Below, piece by piece: positions 1-11,345 of a DNA stretch of 64,000 nucleotides (position 1 is its first letter; each line of letters starts with the position of its first letter). The DNA is taken from sequence record NC_054928.1. One strand, written 5' to 3'. The notes under the pieces were generated by a model, which saw nothing but the letters and a program-made list of their open reading frames with translations, had not been told where the DNA came from and did no database searches. This DNA comes from Escherichia phage vB_vPM_PD112. A program made the translations under genes and the position numbers.

Positions 1-286
1 TGTATAATTCTTTCCACGCCGGGGAGTATCTTGAAAATGGAACTCCAAGCCAGAACAACGTGCCACGGTCCTGAGCTCTAGCATAAGACCTTCCAGCTTG
101 TTGGGCGGCAAGCCCGGATAACCCAAATATACGACGTTGTTGTTCAACATTTTTCACCTTGCACCCTTGGAGAAATCCTTCAAGACCTCCAAATTGGATA
201 CCATCCATAACAAAAGGCCATTGAGCGAAATTACTTAATGCACATGATGGCCATCTAAAATTGCTTCTAATCTCTAACTCAGACAT
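1..286 (-). CDS. Partial CDS (start at 286, runs off window start); NADAR/YbiA-like (DUF1768) motif SNF..PF..G..F..E.F.Q..K
   Basis: Own translation of minus strand from ATG at 284-286; motif resemblance only, no search run. Confidence 0.4.
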   Translation of the reverse strand, partial: MSELEIRSNFRWPSCALSNFAQWPFVMDGIQFGGLEGFLQGCKVKNVEQQRRIFGLSGLAAQQAGRSYARAQDRGTLFWLGVPFSRYSPAWKELY

Positions 287-485
287 TTTCAATGCTTATA
301 ATTTCAACATCAGCCCAATGACCATAGCAAGGAAGACGAAATTCAACTGGCCAGTTAGGGTCCTTTTCTAATATAATAGACTCAACTCGTGGTTCTTCAT
401 GTTCATCAGTATATGGATTTTTATCTGTTACTTTATATGTGACCTTAATGTACTGAATTCCAAAAATCTTATTAATTATATTCAT
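279..485 (-). CDS. hypothetical protein (gene 30 region)
   Basis: ORF track, 68 aa, compact spacing with neighbours. Confidence 0.45.
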   Translation of the reverse strand: MNIINKIFGIQYIKVTYKVTDKNPYTDEHEEPRVESIILEKDPNWPVEFRLPCYGHWADVEIISIENV

Positions 486-679
486 ACTAATTCCTTTAAT
501 CCGTAAATAGGAGATAATTCATCACCCATGCGAAGGTCTTCATTTCCATCTACCCAGGAAACAATATAAGCCTCTTTTATTTGAATACCACTCCATTTAA
601 ATGGAGGTAGAACCTTAGAAATTAATCCAGGTATACCAACTCCCTTTAATTCAACAGTTTGACCTAAAAAGAATTTCAT
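482..679 (-). CDS. hypothetical protein
   Basis: ORF track, 65 aa, overlapping stop/start with neighbours. Confidence 0.45.
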   Translation of the reverse strand: MKFFLGQTVELKGVGIPGLISKVLPPFKWSGIQIKEAYIVSWVDGNEDLRMGDELSPIYGLKELV

Positions 680-966
680 TAAAACCTCATCTGAAAACCA
701 TGCGATTTAACATTACCGCCGCCAATATCAGAAATGTTAATTTCACGCGCAATTGAAGGGTCAATGTCAATTTCGCGATTGAGTTTAGTGATAGCTAAAG
801 TATCGCGGCCATTTACAGTACGGAACTCTAAAGGGCAGACTACATTAACATAGTTTTTAATCGATTCACTAGTAGGCTGCAAATGAGCAGGAAGGTCTTT
901 AGGTGCCTTAGAGAAAACCACTTCACAGAAATTTTTGCGGGTATCAAAATAAGTAGTCATAAACAT
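679..966 (-). CDS. hypothetical protein
   Basis: ORF track, 95 aa; ATG at 966 preceded by GAGGAAAA SD. Confidence 0.5.
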   Translation of the reverse strand: MFMTTYFDTRKNFCEVVFSKAPKDLPAHLQPTSESIKNYVNVVCPLEFRTVNGRDTLAITKLNREIDIDPSIAREINISDIGGGNVKSHGFQMRF

Positions 967-1007
967 AGTATTTTCCTCAGTAAGGGGCCGAAGCCCCTCA
1001 TTTTATT

Positions 1008-1373
1008 TTAAATATCAAATTCGTTAAGAACTACATCAAAGATTGCTTCAAGATGCTCAGGTTTAGCTCTGTTACTCAGAATATGACGAATCCAAGTTTT
1101 AACCAGAAGCTTGCGATTAACGCCATTCCAGCAAGGATGAGTCCCTAAATCGCGTTGACGAAAATCATCATCCAATGCGATTTTAAAAGAAGAACCTTCT
1201 TTCGTGATTGAAACCGTGATGCCATTTTCAAATCGCATATAAACGTAGTTAGGAGTCATATACTGTTCAATTTCGCATACTGATCCATTTTGATGTTTCC
1301 AAAGGCAGATAGTATCAATAGAACCTGCAATACCGTTAGAAACATATTTACGTTCAAAGTTGATGTAATTCAT
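1008..1373 (-). CDS. hypothetical protein
   Basis: ORF track, 121 aa; early-type promoter upstream. Confidence 0.5.
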   Translation of the reverse strand: MNYINFERKYVSNGIAGSIDTICLWKHQNGSVCEIEQYMTPNYVYMRFENGITVSITKEGSSFKIALDDDFRQRDLGTHPCWNGVNRKLLVKTWIRHILSNRAKPEHLEAIFDVVLNEFDI

Positions 1374-1408
1374 TTTTATTCTCCGAGATGTTTAATTGCG
1401 GTACAGGT

Positions 1409-1440
1409 ATATAATATCATATCCTGTACCAAAGTAAACT
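1409..1440 (-). promoter_or_regulatory. T4 early-type promoter (GTTTAC -35, TATTAT -10 on minus strand)
   Basis: gtaaac at 1434-1439 and ataata at 1411-1416 on plus strand, 17 nt spacing. Confidence 0.5.
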
Positions 1441-1443
1441 ATT

Positions 1444-1812
1444 TTATGCAACTTTAATCCAATTATCTAAATTTAATTCACCTTTGGCTTTCATTTTTTC
1501 AATCAAGAGGTCAGCGGTAATACGACCATTTTGATACCACGTAACATCTTCAGAGTAACCAGTTTCTTTATCTTCATAAGTCTCACAGCGAATTTTACCA
1601 AGAATCAAAGTTTTTAATTCGTATGTATCTCCAGTAAAAAAGTTAGTTAACATTATTTTCCAAGAGAAATCATCAGAAGGACCTTCAGGAGTCATACAAT
1701 CTACGAATTCAAATTGTTCTTTATATAAATGCCACTGAAGTTCTTTAGTTTCAATAGCTTTATAGCCGTCGTGATCTTTACCTTTGATGTATGAGTTAAG
1801 ATTGATTTTCAT
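1444..1812 (-). CDS. hypothetical protein
   Basis: ORF track, 122 aa. Confidence 0.5.
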   Translation of the reverse strand: MKINLNSYIKGKDHDGYKAIETKELQWHLYKEQFEFVDCMTPEGPSDDFSWKIMLTNFFTGDTYELKTLILGKIRCETYEDKETGYSEDVTWYQNGRITADLLIEKMKAKGELNLDNWIKVA

Positions 1813-1890
1813 TTTATTCTCCTTTGTTTGTGTAAGATAATACTATCACAAAGGAACCATACTGTAAACAACTTTGTGCAATCTTTGGAA

Positions 1891-1918
1891 AATAAAAAGG
1901 ACTCCCGAAGGAGTCCTT
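1891..1918 (-). terminator. Rho-independent terminator, stem GGACUCC, UUCG loop, U5 tail
   Basis: Hairpin 1899-1916 plus A-run 1894-1898 on plus strand; 27-nt core identical to soc terminator at 55118-55144. Confidence 0.6.
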
Positions 1919-1921
1919 AAC

Positions 1922-2098
1922 TTATGCTTTCTGCTTACCAAAACGAGAAGCATCATCTCGAAGAACCGCACGTGCTCGGCGCATGATCTTCTCAACAGTT
2001 TGATTGATACGAGAGTTCGACCCACGCTTGTAACCAGCGCGTTTAGAATCACCGACTTTCTTTTCAACTGCTTTCTTTGCTTTAGCTTGTTTTGCCAT
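1922..2098 (-). CDS. small basic protein, hypothetical (probable start MAKQAKAKK)
   Basis: ORF track 1922..2140 trimmed to internal ATG at 2098; Lys/Arg rich. Confidence 0.4.
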   Translation of the reverse strand: MAKQAKAKKAVEKKVGDSKRAGYKRGSNSRINQTVEKIMRRARAVLRDDASRFGKQKA

Positions 2099-2343
2099 TA
2101 TAAATTCTCTTTTAAATGAAAATGCAGGACTTATTGGCATTGCCTGCGCAAGCCCTCAAGGGGAACATAGGTTTTTGGATATTTAACGACCAGGATAACC
2201 ATAAACCCGTCATCATTCACATTCAAGAGGTACACCGTAAAACTGCCGGGGTCTTAAAACTATAATGATTCGCAAATCATTAATCAGACAGTTCGACGGC
2301 TCCTCGATTTTAGCTCACACTAAGGCAGTGAATCTCCAATGAA

Positions 2344-2592
2344 TTACTTTAGTGTTACCACAAAGTGACGAACTGCTTTTCGTGCAGCAGAAGCCAGAGG
2401 CTTAGCATATTTAAGTTCATCTTTTTCCTGAAGCTCAGCAGCTAATGCAGTTTGAGCAGGATTCAGATGTTTGAAATAACGCAGGATTTCAAGAGCTTCG
2501 GCTTCAACATCAATAGATGCGCCATAGTTTTCGTGACCATTATTCCATGCGTTTCGTTGCAGTTCAAGAGCGTGTTGTAATTGTTTAATCAT
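2344..2592 (-). CDS. rIII: rIII lysis inhibition accessory protein
   Basis: 82 aa, matches recalled T4 rIII size and position upstream of gene 31. Confidence 0.8.
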   Translation of the reverse strand: MIKQLQHALELQRNAWNNGHENYGASIDVEAEALEILRYFKHLNPAQTALAAELQEKDELKYAKPLASAARKAVRHFVVTLK

Positions 2593-2739
2593 TTAAAAAT
2601 TCTCGTTAGAGATTAAAACTCGGTAGTCACGTTCTTCTGAATTTCATCTTCTTTCGACAGATCTCTCAGTTGTAGACTACCACGTAGAATTGTTCGGTTA
2701 ACTTATTATTCCGACACCCAATTCATATTATTATTTATA

Positions 2740-3075
2740 TCACTTATAAAGACACGGAATAGCTTTATAGTGACATGTTACGAATTTTTGTTTAATTTCT
2801 TTTGGCTGCTTAAGACCCAGAGCTACAAAAGGATGCGGAACGTTTCGAATTTGACCAACTGGAAGAGAAGTCAAATCACCAACTTCGCAGAAACCTTCAG
2901 GAACATCAGGACCAACAGAGTGAATTACACACAGTTCAGGAACTTCACCTTGAACACGTTTACCGATAATAAGTCCTGATTCTGTAACTTCTTCATCACC
3001 GGCTTGTGCAGGTTCAGAAACTAAAATAACATATTCACCTACAGCACGAATTGGTAGCTGTTGTACTTCAGACAT
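2740..3075 (-). CDS. 31: gp31 co-chaperonin (GroES-like)
   Basis: 111 aa, near-identical to recalled T4 gp31 sequence. Confidence 0.93.
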   Translation of the reverse strand: MSEVQQLPIRAVGEYVILVSEPAQAGDEEVTESGLIIGKRVQGEVPELCVIHSVGPDVPEGFCEVGDLTSLPVGQIRNVPHPFVALGLKQPKEIKQKFVTCHYKAIPCLYK

Positions 3076-3132
3076 CGTTTTTTCCTTTTTGTTAACAGAT
3101 GAATTAATAATAACAAATAATTCTTAAAGCAT

Positions 3133-3441
3133 TTATTTACCAATAAATTGAAGCAAATGCTCAACTTTCATGCCATTAACAGAAATCAATTTGTCAATAG
3201 AAAAACCTCGCCATGCACCGAGTTCAACATCAAATACCGGAATCATATCAGTAGATTCTTTCCGAGTAGATTCAGTCAATTTACCGGTTTGCATGGTTGG
3301 CATAAAGTCTGCATCACGAGTACCTTTCATAGTACGAATAGTACCATCAGACTTTTCAAAAACCACGTTTGAAATACCCATGGACAATTTAGTTTTCAAA
3401 ATTTCACGAATTGCTACTTTCTGTTCAGTCGACAGTTTCAT
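3133..3441 (-). CDS. hypothetical protein
   Basis: ORF track, 102 aa. Confidence 0.5.
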   Translation of the reverse strand: MKLSTEQKVAIREILKTKLSMGISNVVFEKSDGTIRTMKGTRDADFMPTMQTGKLTESTRKESTDMIPVFDVELGAWRGFSIDKLISVNGMKVEHLLQFIGK

Positions 3442-3678
3442 TTATTTACCTATCACAGTTTTAATATGGGTTGTTCCACGTTCTTTAAGTGTGGAAAGCA
3501 GTTTTTGGCATTTTTCTAAATCAGATTTCCAACTATACGGCCTATCAATACAAACCCATTCTGACTTATAATACTGCTTCCATTTAGAGAAAAAATATTT
3601 CTTATACTCTACAGCAAATGAGATGTTCTCGTTAGAATAAGAACTAATTGCTGTGAGCTTTACCAAACGAAATTTCAT
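3442..3678 (-). CDS. hypothetical protein
   Basis: ORF track, 78 aa. Confidence 0.45.
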   Translation of the reverse strand: MKFRLVKLTAISSYSNENISFAVEYKKYFFSKWKQYYKSEWVCIDRPYSWKSDLEKCQKLLSTLKERGTTHIKTVIGK

Positions 3679-4259
3679 TATTCACCACAGAATTCGTTGA
3701 TATTTTCCCAGTTTAACTTATTCAAGTTTTTCTTAGGAACATTAAACACTTCAATACCTGCATTTCGCAGAATATCATCCCAGCCAGGTTTATTCTTATC
3801 GTATGTTTCGCAATAAACCAGCTTTTTAATTCCAGATTGAGCTATCGCTTTTGCACAATCTGGGCAAGGAGAAAGTGTTACATACATAGTAGCACCTTCA
3901 ATTGAAGAACCATTTCGTGCAGCAAACAAAATTGCATTTAGTTCAGCATGAATTTCATTTTTAGACGACCATTCAGAGTGAGCACTACGGTGTTCTTTCG
4001 CTAAGACAAAACGATCAGTTGAACCAAACGATACACATTCGGGCTTATGACCTTGAATGATAGTATGTTTAGGTTTATTCAGCAACCAACCTTGCTCAGC
4101 AGCATAATCACAACAGTTCACACCACCTGCCGGAGAACCATTATATCCGGTAGAAATAATACGTCCATTCTTTTCAATTACTGCTCCTACCTTCCAGGAG
4201 CAACATTTGGATTCTTGTGATACTAAATATGCAATTTGAAGTACTGTACTCGCTTTCAT
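3678..4259 (-). CDS. cd: dCMP deaminase
   Basis: 193 aa; cytidine/dCMP deaminase zinc motifs (HAE...PCxxC); T4 cd size and position. Confidence 0.88.
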   Translation of the reverse strand: MKASTVLQIAYLVSQESKCCSWKVGAVIEKNGRIISTGYNGSPAGGVNCCDYAAEQGWLLNKPKHTIIQGHKPECVSFGSTDRFVLAKEHRSAHSEWSSKNEIHAELNAILFAARNGSSIEGATMYVTLSPCPDCAKAIAQSGIKKLVYCETYDKNKPGWDDILRNAGIEVFNVPKKNLNKLNWENINEFCGE

Positions 4260-4594
4260 TTCATAATCACCAGATAAGCAGATTTAGCAGTTTCAACACG
4301 ATAAATTTCATGACGAAGTTTAGTTATACTTTTAATAACAGAACTAATTATATTCTGCCCATCTTTAAAGCGGTTTTTCTTATCAATAAAAATTGCACCA
4401 GCCATCTTTTTGTGAAGCTCAACTGGATACTTCGTCACAATAATAGCATCATACACAGAAGGATGAATACTATTCACTAGAGTATCGTTCATTAAAGTTA
4501 TTCTAATGAACTGTGCTGTTTCAGAATCAAGCGCTCTATGACCGCCAGTATCATTTTCAAGACAATTATCAATTATATCAGTTAAATTCATCAT
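4256..4594 (-). CDS. hypothetical protein
   Basis: ORF track, 112 aa. Confidence 0.45.
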   Translation of the reverse strand: MMNLTDIIDNCLENDTGGHRALDSETAQFIRITLMNDTLVNSIHPSVYDAIIVTKYPVELHKKMAGAIFIDKKNRFKDGQNIISSVIKSITKLRHEIYRVETAKSAYLVIMK

Positions 4595-4827
4595 AGTACG
4601 CCATACACCCTTTGTGCTTCAACTAATCCATCAAAATCCAATTTGAGATGTGTTATTTGGTCACCATCACCTGGATTCACAATTACTAATACTGAACGAG
4701 GAGTTTCGGTAATAACACGAACCGATGTTTCAGGAAATCGTTCAGAAACCTTATTTACCAATTCCTGAGCAAATAGTTTAACTTTTTCTTGAAATTCTTT
4801 AACAGTAATTGGTTTTTCACTTAGCAT
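4591..4827 (-). CDS. hypothetical protein
   Basis: ORF track, 78 aa; early-type promoter at about 4850-4880. Confidence 0.45.
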   Translation of the reverse strand: MLSEKPITVKEFQEKVKLFAQELVNKVSERFPETSVRVITETPRSVLVIVNPGDGDQITHLKLDFDGLVEAQRVYGVL

Positions 4828-4889
4828 TTCAATTTCCTCATTTGTTTTGGTAGAGCTATAATATCACAACTCTACCGTAAAGTAAACTA

Positions 4890-5165
4890 TTAAATTGCTT
4901 TGAATTCTGATGTCTGCGATTCAAAACGAATGTCGCCTTTGATGACTAGCTCAGCATCAAGACCGAATACGACAATGATATGCGCGGAACCTGGATACAG
5001 CGTAATGGCGATAGAATCAACCTGGTCTGGAAGCAAAGTGTTCAATACATGAGTCACTTGAGCATGAATTCGAAGCTCAGCTGCGTTATCAAGCTTTTCA
5101 AACATATTATTAGCTATAATTTGGCTAAACACTACTTCTACGATTTTAGAATAAGTCGGAAACAT
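4890..5165 (-). CDS. hypothetical protein
   Basis: ORF track, 91 aa. Confidence 0.45.
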   Translation of the reverse strand: MFPTYSKIVEVVFSQIIANNMFEKLDNAAELRIHAQVTHVLNTLLPDQVDSIAITLYPGSAHIIVVFGLDAELVIKGDIRFESQTSEFKAI

Positions 5166-5167
5166 AT

Positions 5168-5360
5168 TTACCTCACATAATTTTCTTCAAGCCAATCAAT
5201 AACATCTAAAGCATTATCAAAAATTGAGCCATCTACTTTGTCTTCTGTTTCATAATCAAGAACATCTAAGCCTACTCTTCCATCAACAATAGGCCATAAA
5301 CAAAATAAATATTTCTTTTCTTTTTCAATCTTATCGCAAAGACGATAAATCTTTTCTAAG

Positions 5361-5368
<8 letters not shown>
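5168..5368 (-). CDS. hypothetical protein
   Basis: ORF track, 66 aa. Confidence 0.4.
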
Positions 5369-6761
<1,393 letters not shown>

Positions 6762-6765
<4 letters not shown>

Positions 6766-6992
6766 TTATTTTTCTCAACCAATGATTGAATATAATCATG
6801 CAGGTCTTTAGATGCTTTACCCCACTTATTTTGATATTCATTTTTGAGATTAGCACGTGATTGAGCTAATAAAACATCATTAGTTGGAGGTAAAGATTCT
6901 AATCGTTGAATCTGGCGTCCATAAATCATTGCAGCCATCTCGGATTCATAAATCAATCCTTTGAGATGTTCAAATTGATGCCATGAAATCAT
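6762..6992 (-). CDS. hypothetical protein
   Basis: ORF track, 76 aa. Confidence 0.45.
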
Positions 6993-7288
6993 TTACATTT
7001 ATCCTCTTTTAGCTCTTGACGATAATAACATATCATAGTTTTCTGATCATGTACATATCGTTTTACATCATTAAGCCAAATACGAAATTCCTGGGAATCT
7101 TCGAATGGCATACCGACCCAAGCTTTACCATCAATAACTTTAACTTGCCAGGATAGTTTAGCTTCATCGTATGACTTTATTTGCACAGGCCAATTAGGAT
7201 GAACTGTTTCTTTCTTTACTTCTAGAGGCTTTGTCGAACAACCAACTAGAAGACCAATAGATAATATTACTGCTGATAGTTTAATCAT
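6989..7288 (-). CDS. hypothetical lipoprotein (signal peptide with LVGC lipobox)
   Basis: ORF track, 99 aa; N-terminal hydrophobic segment ending LVGCS. Confidence 0.45.
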   Translation of the reverse strand: MIKLSAVILSIGLLVGCSTKPLEVKKETVHPNWPVQIKSYDEAKLSWQVKVIDGKAWVGMPFEDSQEFRIWLNDVKRYVHDQKTMICYYRQELKEDKCK

Positions 7289-7638
7289 TTAGAAAGGTCC
7301 TGGATGTCTTCTGCGAACTTGTTGAAGGAGTTGTTGATTTGTTTTTCAACCAATCCTGGCTTATGAACCACCACATCCGCCTTCTTTGCGTCTTTGCGCA
7401 GTTTTTCATTTTCACGCTCAATAGCAGCAATTGCCTCACGATTTTTATTATTCATCGCATCAATATAATTATACTGAATTCGCAAATTATTTAATGCTAA
7501 GGCGTTTTCATTGGCCGTTTTTGTAATTTCAGTAACCGATGTTTCTAATCTTTCTACCTTATTTTTTAAAATAATAGATGTTCCGCCAAATGCTATTACA
7601 AGTAATAGCAATCCAGCTGTAAAATTACTTACATGCAT
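7285..7638 (-). CDS. hypothetical membrane/coiled-coil protein
   Basis: ORF track, 117 aa; N-terminal TM segment. Confidence 0.45.
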   Translation of the reverse strand: MHVSNFTAGLLLLVIAFGGTSIILKNKVERLETSVTEITKTANENALALNNLRIQYNYIDAMNNKNREAIAAIERENEKLRKDAKKADVVVHKPGLVEKQINNSFNKFAEDIQDLSK

Positions 7639-8132
7639 AAAGTTTTAATAACCTCTACAATATCGTCTTGAGAAAGACCGTTAATTAAAATATGATGTTC
7701 AGCTGGAGATTTAGAAATTTTAAAGCATGCCTCAACATCTTCTGCCATATCTGATGCGCTACGATTTGGATTACTGATTCCAAGACGATGTTTTCCCGTC
7801 AAAGGATTAACGATGATATAGCATTTACAGCTATTAATGTGAACATTAGGTTGAGTCTGATTAATGAACACATCACAATCGTATTTCGCAAGCTGATTTT
7901 CTAAAAAGACTTTCATCTCTTCAACCGCATCAGGAAGCATATCACGGGCTTGCTCAAGACGACGATTTCGATATTCTTTAATGGTCGTTTTCCGCTTGAC
8001 TTGCTTAGCTAAATCTTTCTTAAGATCGGTGATATATCCAACTCGACGATTTCCTTTGAATACAGAAATCCCATCTGTAGTATCACCGTATGCTTCAACG
8101 ACCATCTCAGTAGTAATAAGTTGTAAATCCAT
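7629..8132 (-). CDS. alc: Alc-like protein (position and size of T4 alc)
   Basis: 167 aa from second Met, located between pseT block and rnlA as in T4; synteny-based. Confidence 0.6.
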   Translation of the reverse strand: MDLQLITTEMVVEAYGDTTDGISVFKGNRRVGYITDLKKDLAKQVKRKTTIKEYRNRRLEQARDMLPDAVEEMKVFLENQLAKYDCDVFINQTQPNVHINSCKCYIIVNPLTGKHRLGISNPNRSASDMAEDVEACFKISKSPAEHHILINGLSQDDIVEVIKTLCM

Positions 8133-8161
8133 CATAAAGTCCTCGTGTTATGTCAGTAAGA

Positions 8162-8194
8162 CTACTATAACACAACACGAGGGACTTGTAAACA
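8162..8194 (-). promoter_or_regulatory. T4 early-type promoter upstream of alc
   Basis: gtaaac 8188-8193 and actata 8164-8169 on plus strand. Confidence 0.5.
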
Positions 8195-8196
8195 GC

Positions 8197-9784
<1,588 letters not shown>

Positions 9785-9811
9785 AATAAAATGGGCCTTG
9801 CGGCCCACTCC

Positions 9812-11294
9812 TTAAAAGTATTTTTTAAAACTCATCATAACTTTATCATCAACATCATTATCAATCTGTGCAACAAGGTAAGATGACAGTTCTACTTCTT
9901 GTGGCGCGGATTGAACATTATCAGAATTAAGATATTCACGAATCCAAGGATATGGGTGTTTAACCGGAGCATCGGTAATTGGGCATGGAAGACCACACTG
10001 TTTCATACGAGATACAGTTAAGTAATCAATAAAGCTCCACATGCTATTTGTATTTAATCCAGGAACATCGCCATCTTTAAATAAATGAACTGCCCAGTCT
10101 TTTTCTTGGCGGTTAACTTCCATGAAAATATCAACTGCTTCTTGTTCACACTCTTGAGCAATTTTAACCCATTCATCACCATCAGTGCCAAGTTGAAGTT
10201 GACGAATAATATATTGGGTGCCTTTAAGGTGAAGCTGCTCATCACGTGCAATGAACTTCATAATCTTGGCATTACCTTCCATGATTTCCATGTTCTTATG
10301 GAAGTTAAAGGTACCGTTATGTTCGATTGAGCTCGCTAATTCTCAACCCGTTCTCTTATGAACTGCTACATATTACTATGCAGACCAGACTATATCACAA
10401 TCCCAGAGGGATTCTCCCCATTTCGAGTCGCTTGACCCTACGTCCGAAGACTAGTCGTTGAACCTTGCTTTGCAATTGTGCATCCTCTTAAAAGTATAAT
10501 CATTTATATTATACTAATTAAAGGTGCAAGCAAAACCTTGGCTGCTAGTTTTCCTATAAAGGACTTTCCAGCAATTAAAGGAGTTTTCGATAAACGTTAC
10601 CGTTTAAAGGCGCATTTTACGCAAAAGATACATAAAAACGAATAGCTTCTAAGGCATTAATAACGTGCAAACAGAGGTAAAGAGATTTCATTAAAGCACG
10701 TTTAGCTTCGGCTTCTTGTTTAATAGCTCGGTTTAAACGAAAATCAGCATCAGGAGATTCTTTAGCTAGTTCTACAAATTCTTTAGCATTTTCCCATTCA
10801 CGGGTTTTAATAAGAACATCATCATAATAACGCCCAATGGATTCAGCACGTTTCATAATAGCTTCATCTAATACAATCTCATCAAATACCTTCGATGGAT
10901 CAGTATAAAGATTTCGCATGATATGTGTATATGAACGGCTGTGAATAGTTTCACTAAAAGTCCACGTAGCAACCCATGTATCAAGGCTTGGGTCTGAAAT
11001 TAATGACATAAGTACAGCAGACGGCGCACGACCCTGAATGCTATCCAAAAGTGATTGATACTTCAGATTATTAGTAAAAATATTTTGCTGATACTGAGGA
11101 AGCTTATTAAACTGTGCAGCATCCATCATTAAGTTTACTTCTTCAGGACGCCAGAAAAATGATAAGGACTTCTCTGTAAGTTCTTCAAATACCTTATGTC
11201 GTTGAATATCATAACGTGCAATTCCAAGACCTGAACCGAAGAACATAGGTTCTGTTAAAACATCAACTGGATTTGTATTAAAAACTGTGCTCAT
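9812..11294 (-). CDS. nrdB: ribonucleotide reductase small subunit, split by group I intron: exons 11294..10619 and 10314..9812
   Basis: Exon 1 ends FYVSFA, exon 2 carries MEGNAKI...SDNVQSAPQEVE; predicted junction restores a Cys aligning with E. coli NrdB FA-C-SFAF. Confidence 0.88.
10315..10618 (-). other. group I self-splicing intron in nrdB, ORF-less (about 304 nt)
   Basis: In-frame stop after exon 1; 5' splice site follows U, 3' end G; core similar to td intron (GACUCGAAA..., CAGACUAUAUC). Confidence 0.75.
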
Positions 11295-11345
11295 AAATTT
11301 TCCACTTAGTTAATAGTTGGTGACTCGTCCATGAGTCAAATTATA

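Noticed and set aside
1874-2119. Plus-strand ORFs overlapping minus-strand genes throughout the early region (for example 1874..2119, 3170..3571, 5895..6335, 7981..8409, 17629..18108, 46502..47183)
   Set aside because: Antisense to well-supported genes, no SD sequences, unusual composition; A/T-rich genomes produce many such frames.
9812-11294. nrdB and td each appear as two separate ORFs with an in-frame stop, suggesting pseudogenes
   Set aside because: The interruptions have group I intron ends and conserved core sequence, and the joined exons give full-length, well-conserved proteins.
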